The notes under the pieces: generated by a model
Told to the model about the DNA's origin: nothing
Seen by the model: the letters and a program-made list of their open reading frames with translations, nothing else
Database searches by the model: none
Origin: Eledone cirrhosa
Taxonomy: Eukaryota
Length of the DNA: 64,000 nucleotides
Reading direction: 5' to 3'
Assembly (NCBI GenBank): GCA_964016885.1
Contig: OZ024744.1
Coordinates: forward strand, 134,974,001 to 135,038,000
Made by a program: the position numbers and the translations under genes
Shown here: positions 60,901 to 64,000 of the stretch, in pieces
How the letters are laid out: each line of letters starts with the position of its first letter
Numbering within the stretch: the stretch's first letter is position 1

Positions 60901-63900
60901 TTAAGTTGGGGTTAAGTTAAGTTGGGGTTAAATTAAGTTGGAGTTAAGTTAAGTTGGGGTTAAGTTAAGTTGGGGTTAAGTTAAGTTGGGGGTAAGTTAA
61001 GTTGGTGGTAAGTTAAGTTGGGGGTAAGTTAAGATGGGGTTAAGTTAAGTTGGGGTTAAATTAAGTTGGGGTTAAATTAAGTTGGGGTTAAGTTAAGTTG
61101 GGGGTAAGTTAAGTTGGGGGCAAGTTAAGTTGGGGTTAAGTTAAGTTGGGGTTAAATTAAGTTGGGGTTAAGTTAAGTCGGGGTTAAGTTAAGTGGTGGT
61201 TATGTTAAGTTGGGGTTAAGTTAATTTGGGGTTAAGTTAGGGTTAAGTTAAGTTGGGGTTGAGTTAAGTTGGGGTTAAGTTAAGTTGGGGTTAAGTTAAG
61301 TTGGGGTAAATTTAAGTTGGGGTTAAGTTAAGTTGGGGTTAAGTTAAGTTGGGGTTAAGTTAAGTTGGGGTTAAGTTAAGTTGGGGTTAAATTAAGTTGG
61401 GGTTAAGTTAATTTAGGGTTAAGTTATGGTTAAGTTAAGTTGGGGTTGAGTTAAGTTGGGGTTAAGTTAAGTTGGGGTTATGTTAAGATGGGGTTAAGTT
61501 AAGTTGGAGTTAAGTTGAGTTGGGGTTCAGTTAAGTTGCGGTTAATTTAAGTTGGGGTTAAGTTAAGTTGGGGTTAAGTTAAGTTGGGGTTAAGTTAAGT
61601 TGGGGTTAATTTAAGTTGGGGTTAAGTTAAGTTGGGGTTCAGTTAAGTTGCGGTTAATTTAAGTTGGGGTTAAGTTAAGTTGGGGTTAAGTTAAGTTGGG
61701 GTTAAATTAAGTTGGGGTTAAGTTAAGTTGGGGTTAAGTTAAGTTGGGGTTAAATTAAGTTGGGGTTAAAGTAAGTTGGGGTTAAGTTAAGTTGGGGGTA
61801 AGTTAAGTTGGGGGCAAGTTAAGTTGGGGTTAAGTTAAGTTGGGGTTAAATTAAGTTGGGGTTAAGTTAAGTTGGGGTTAAGTTAAGTTGGGGTTAAGTT
61901 AAGTTGGGGTTAAGTTAAATTGGCGTTAAGTTAAGTTGGGGTAAAGTTAAGTTGGGGTTAATTTAAGTTGGGGTTAAGTTAAGGCGGGGTTAAGTTGAGT
62001 TGGGGTTAAGTTAAGTTGGGGTTAAGTTAAGTTGGGTTGAGTTAATTTGGGGTTAACTTAAGTTGGGGGTACTTAAGTTGGGTTTAAGTTAAGTGGGGTT
62101 AATTTAAGTTGGGGTTAAGTTAAGTTGGGGTTAAGTTAAGTTGGGGTTAAGTTAGGTTGTCGTTAAGTTAAGTTGGGGGTAAGTTAAGTTGGGTGTAAGT
62201 TAAGTTGGGGTTAATTTAAGTTGGGTCTAATTAAGTTGGGGTTAAGTTAAGTTGGGGTTAAGTTAAGTTGGGGTTGAGTTAATTTGGGGTTAACTTAAGT
62301 TGGGGGTACTTAAGTTGGGTTTAAGTTATGTGGGGTTAAGTTAAGTTGGGGTTAAGTTAAGTTGGGGTTAAGTTAAGTTGGGGGTAAGTTAAGTTGAGGG
62401 TAAGTTAAGTTGGGGTTGAGTTAATTTGGGGTTAAGTTAAGTTGGGGTTATGTTAAGTTGGGGTTAAGTTAAGTTGGGGTTAAGTTGAGTTGGGGTTCAG
62501 TTAAGTTGCGGTTAATTTAAGTAGGGGTTAAGTTAAGTTGGGGTTAATTTAAGTTGGGGTTAAGTTAAGTTGGGCTTAATTTAAGTTGGGGTTAAGTTAA
62601 GTTGGGGTTAAGTTAAGTTGGGGTTAAGTTAAGTTGGGGTTAAGTTAAGTTGGGGTTAAATTAAATTGGGGTTAAGTTAAGTTGGGGTTAAGTTAAGTTG
62701 GGGTTAAGATAAGTTGGGGTTAAGTTAAGTTGGGGTTGAGTTAAGTTGGAGTTGAGTTAATTTGGGGTTAACTTAAGTTGGGGGTACTTAAGTTGGGTTT
62801 AAGTTAAGTGGGGTTAAGTTATGTTGGGGTTAAGTTAAGTTGGGGTTAAGTTAAGTTGGGGTTAAGTTAGGTTGTGGTTAAGTTAAGTTGTGGGTAAGTT
62901 AAGTTGGGGGTAATTTAAGTTGGGGTTAATTTAAGTTGGGTCTAATTAAGTTGGGGTTAAGTTAAGTTGGGGTTAAGTTAAGTTGGGGTTAAATTAAGTT
63001 GGGGTTAAGTTAAGTTGAGGTTAAATTAAGTTGGGGTTAAGTTAAGTTGGGGTTAAGTTAAGTTGGGGTTAAGTTAAGTTGGGGTTAAATTAAGTTGGGG
63101 TTAAATTAAGTTGGGGTTAAGTTAAGTTGGGGGTAAGTTTAGTTGGGGGCAAGTTAAGTTGGGATTTATTTAAGTTGGGGTTAATTAAGTTGGGGTTAAG
63201 TTAAGTTGGGGTTAAGTTAAGTTGGGGTTAATTTAAGTTGGGGTTGAGTTAAGTTGGGGTTAAGTTAAGTTGGGGTTAAGTTAAGTTGGTGTTTAGTTAA
63301 GTTGGGGCTAAGTTAAGTTGGGGCTGAGTTAAGTTGGGGCTGAGTTAAGTTGGGGTTAAGTTAAGTTGGGGTTGAGTTAAGTTGGGGTTAAGTTAAGTTG
63401 GGGTTAAGTTAAGTTGGGGTTTAGTTAAGTTGGGGTTCAGTTAAGTTGGGGTTAAGTTAAGTTTGGGTTAAGTTGGGGTTAAATTAAGTTGGGGTTAAGT
63501 TAAGTTGGGGTTATGTTAAGTTGGGGTTAAGTTAAGTTGCGGTTAAGTTAAGTTGGGGTTAAATTAAGTTGGGGTTAAGTTAACTTGGGGTTAAGTTAAG
63601 TTGGGGTTAAGTTAAGTTGGGGTTAAGTTAAGTTGGGGTTAATTTAAGTTGGGGTTAAGTTAAGGCGGGGTTAAGTTGAGTTGGGGTTAAGTTAAGTTGG
63701 GGTTAAGTTAAGTTGGGGTTGAGTTAATTTGGGGTTAACTTAAGTTGGGGGTACTTAAGTTGGGTTTAAGTTAAGTGGGGTTCAGTTAAGTTGGGGTTAA
63801 GTTAAGTTGGGGTTAAGTTAAGTTGGGGTTAAGTTAGGTTGTGGTTAAGTTAAGTTGGGGTTAAGTTAAGTTGGGGGTAAGTTAAGTTGGTGGTAAGTTA

Positions 63901-64000
63901 AGTTGGGGGTAAGTTAAGATGGGGTTAAGTTAAGTTGGGGTTAAGTTAATTTGGGGTTAAGTTAGGGTTAAGTTAAGTTGGGGTTGAGTTAAGTTGGGGT
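48990..64000 (+). repeat. Higher-order repeat of ~7.3-7.6 kb, two copies plus the start of a third
   Basis: TGAAG of TTAAATGAAG at 49841/57421, GGGATTTATT at 55581/63161 and TGGTAAG at 56311/63891 (all offset 7580). GTCG at 54595/62159 (offset 7564). Confidence 0.85.

Larger units (their letters stand above)
1..64000 (+). repeat. Tandem satellite array, 16-bp consensus monomer GGGGTTAAGTTAAGTT (about 4,000 copies), running off both ends of the window
   Basis: The monomer can be read directly throughout, and every line consists of the monomer, point or indel variants of it, or its reverse complement. Consensus composition is 6G/6T/4A/0C. Confidence 0.99.
35960..64000 (+). repeat. Satellite domain II: inversion-free variant family with multi-kb higher-order repeats
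   Basis: Diagnostic variants first appear after ~36.0 kb: GGGGTTAACTTAAGTTGGGGGTACTTAAG, TTAAGGCGGGGTTAAGTTGAG, GGGTCTAATTAAG, TTGGTGGTAAG and TTAGGTTGTGG/GTCG. No C-rich block occurs in 28 kb. Confidence 0.85.

Noticed and set aside
1-64000. Protein-coding ORFs on either strand
   Set aside because: Each monomer has two palindromic TTAA motifs, giving TAA on both strands, and the 16-bp period cycles these through all frames. Stops therefore occur every few codons.

Overview
The whole 64 kb window is one uninterrupted tandem satellite of a 16-bp monomer, GGGGTTAAGTTAAGTT (TTAAG+TTAAG+TTGGGG). It is G/T-rich and nearly C-free on the + strand, with about 4,000 copies by length. I see no genes, RNA genes, CRISPR arrays, transposon sequence or unique DNA. 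The structure lies in the pattern of variants. (i) Eleven copies of one 175-bp block of the same satellite in reverse orientation occur between 2,865 and 32,810. Each is joined to the forward array by a spacerless palindrome centred on GGGGTT|AACCCC. (ii) Higher-order repeats are nested: ~2.4-3.6 kb units, a ~8.6 kb three-inversion super-unit, 1,602- and 2,048-bp duplications, and a ~7.58 kb unit. (iii) At ~35.95 kb the array switches sharply to a second variant family that has no inversions. This looks like eukaryotic satellite (centromeric, subtelomeric or telomere-like) DNA amplified by recombination. The organism and function cannot be determined from the sequence alone. Coordinates were counted by eye, so boundaries of higher-order units are approximate.
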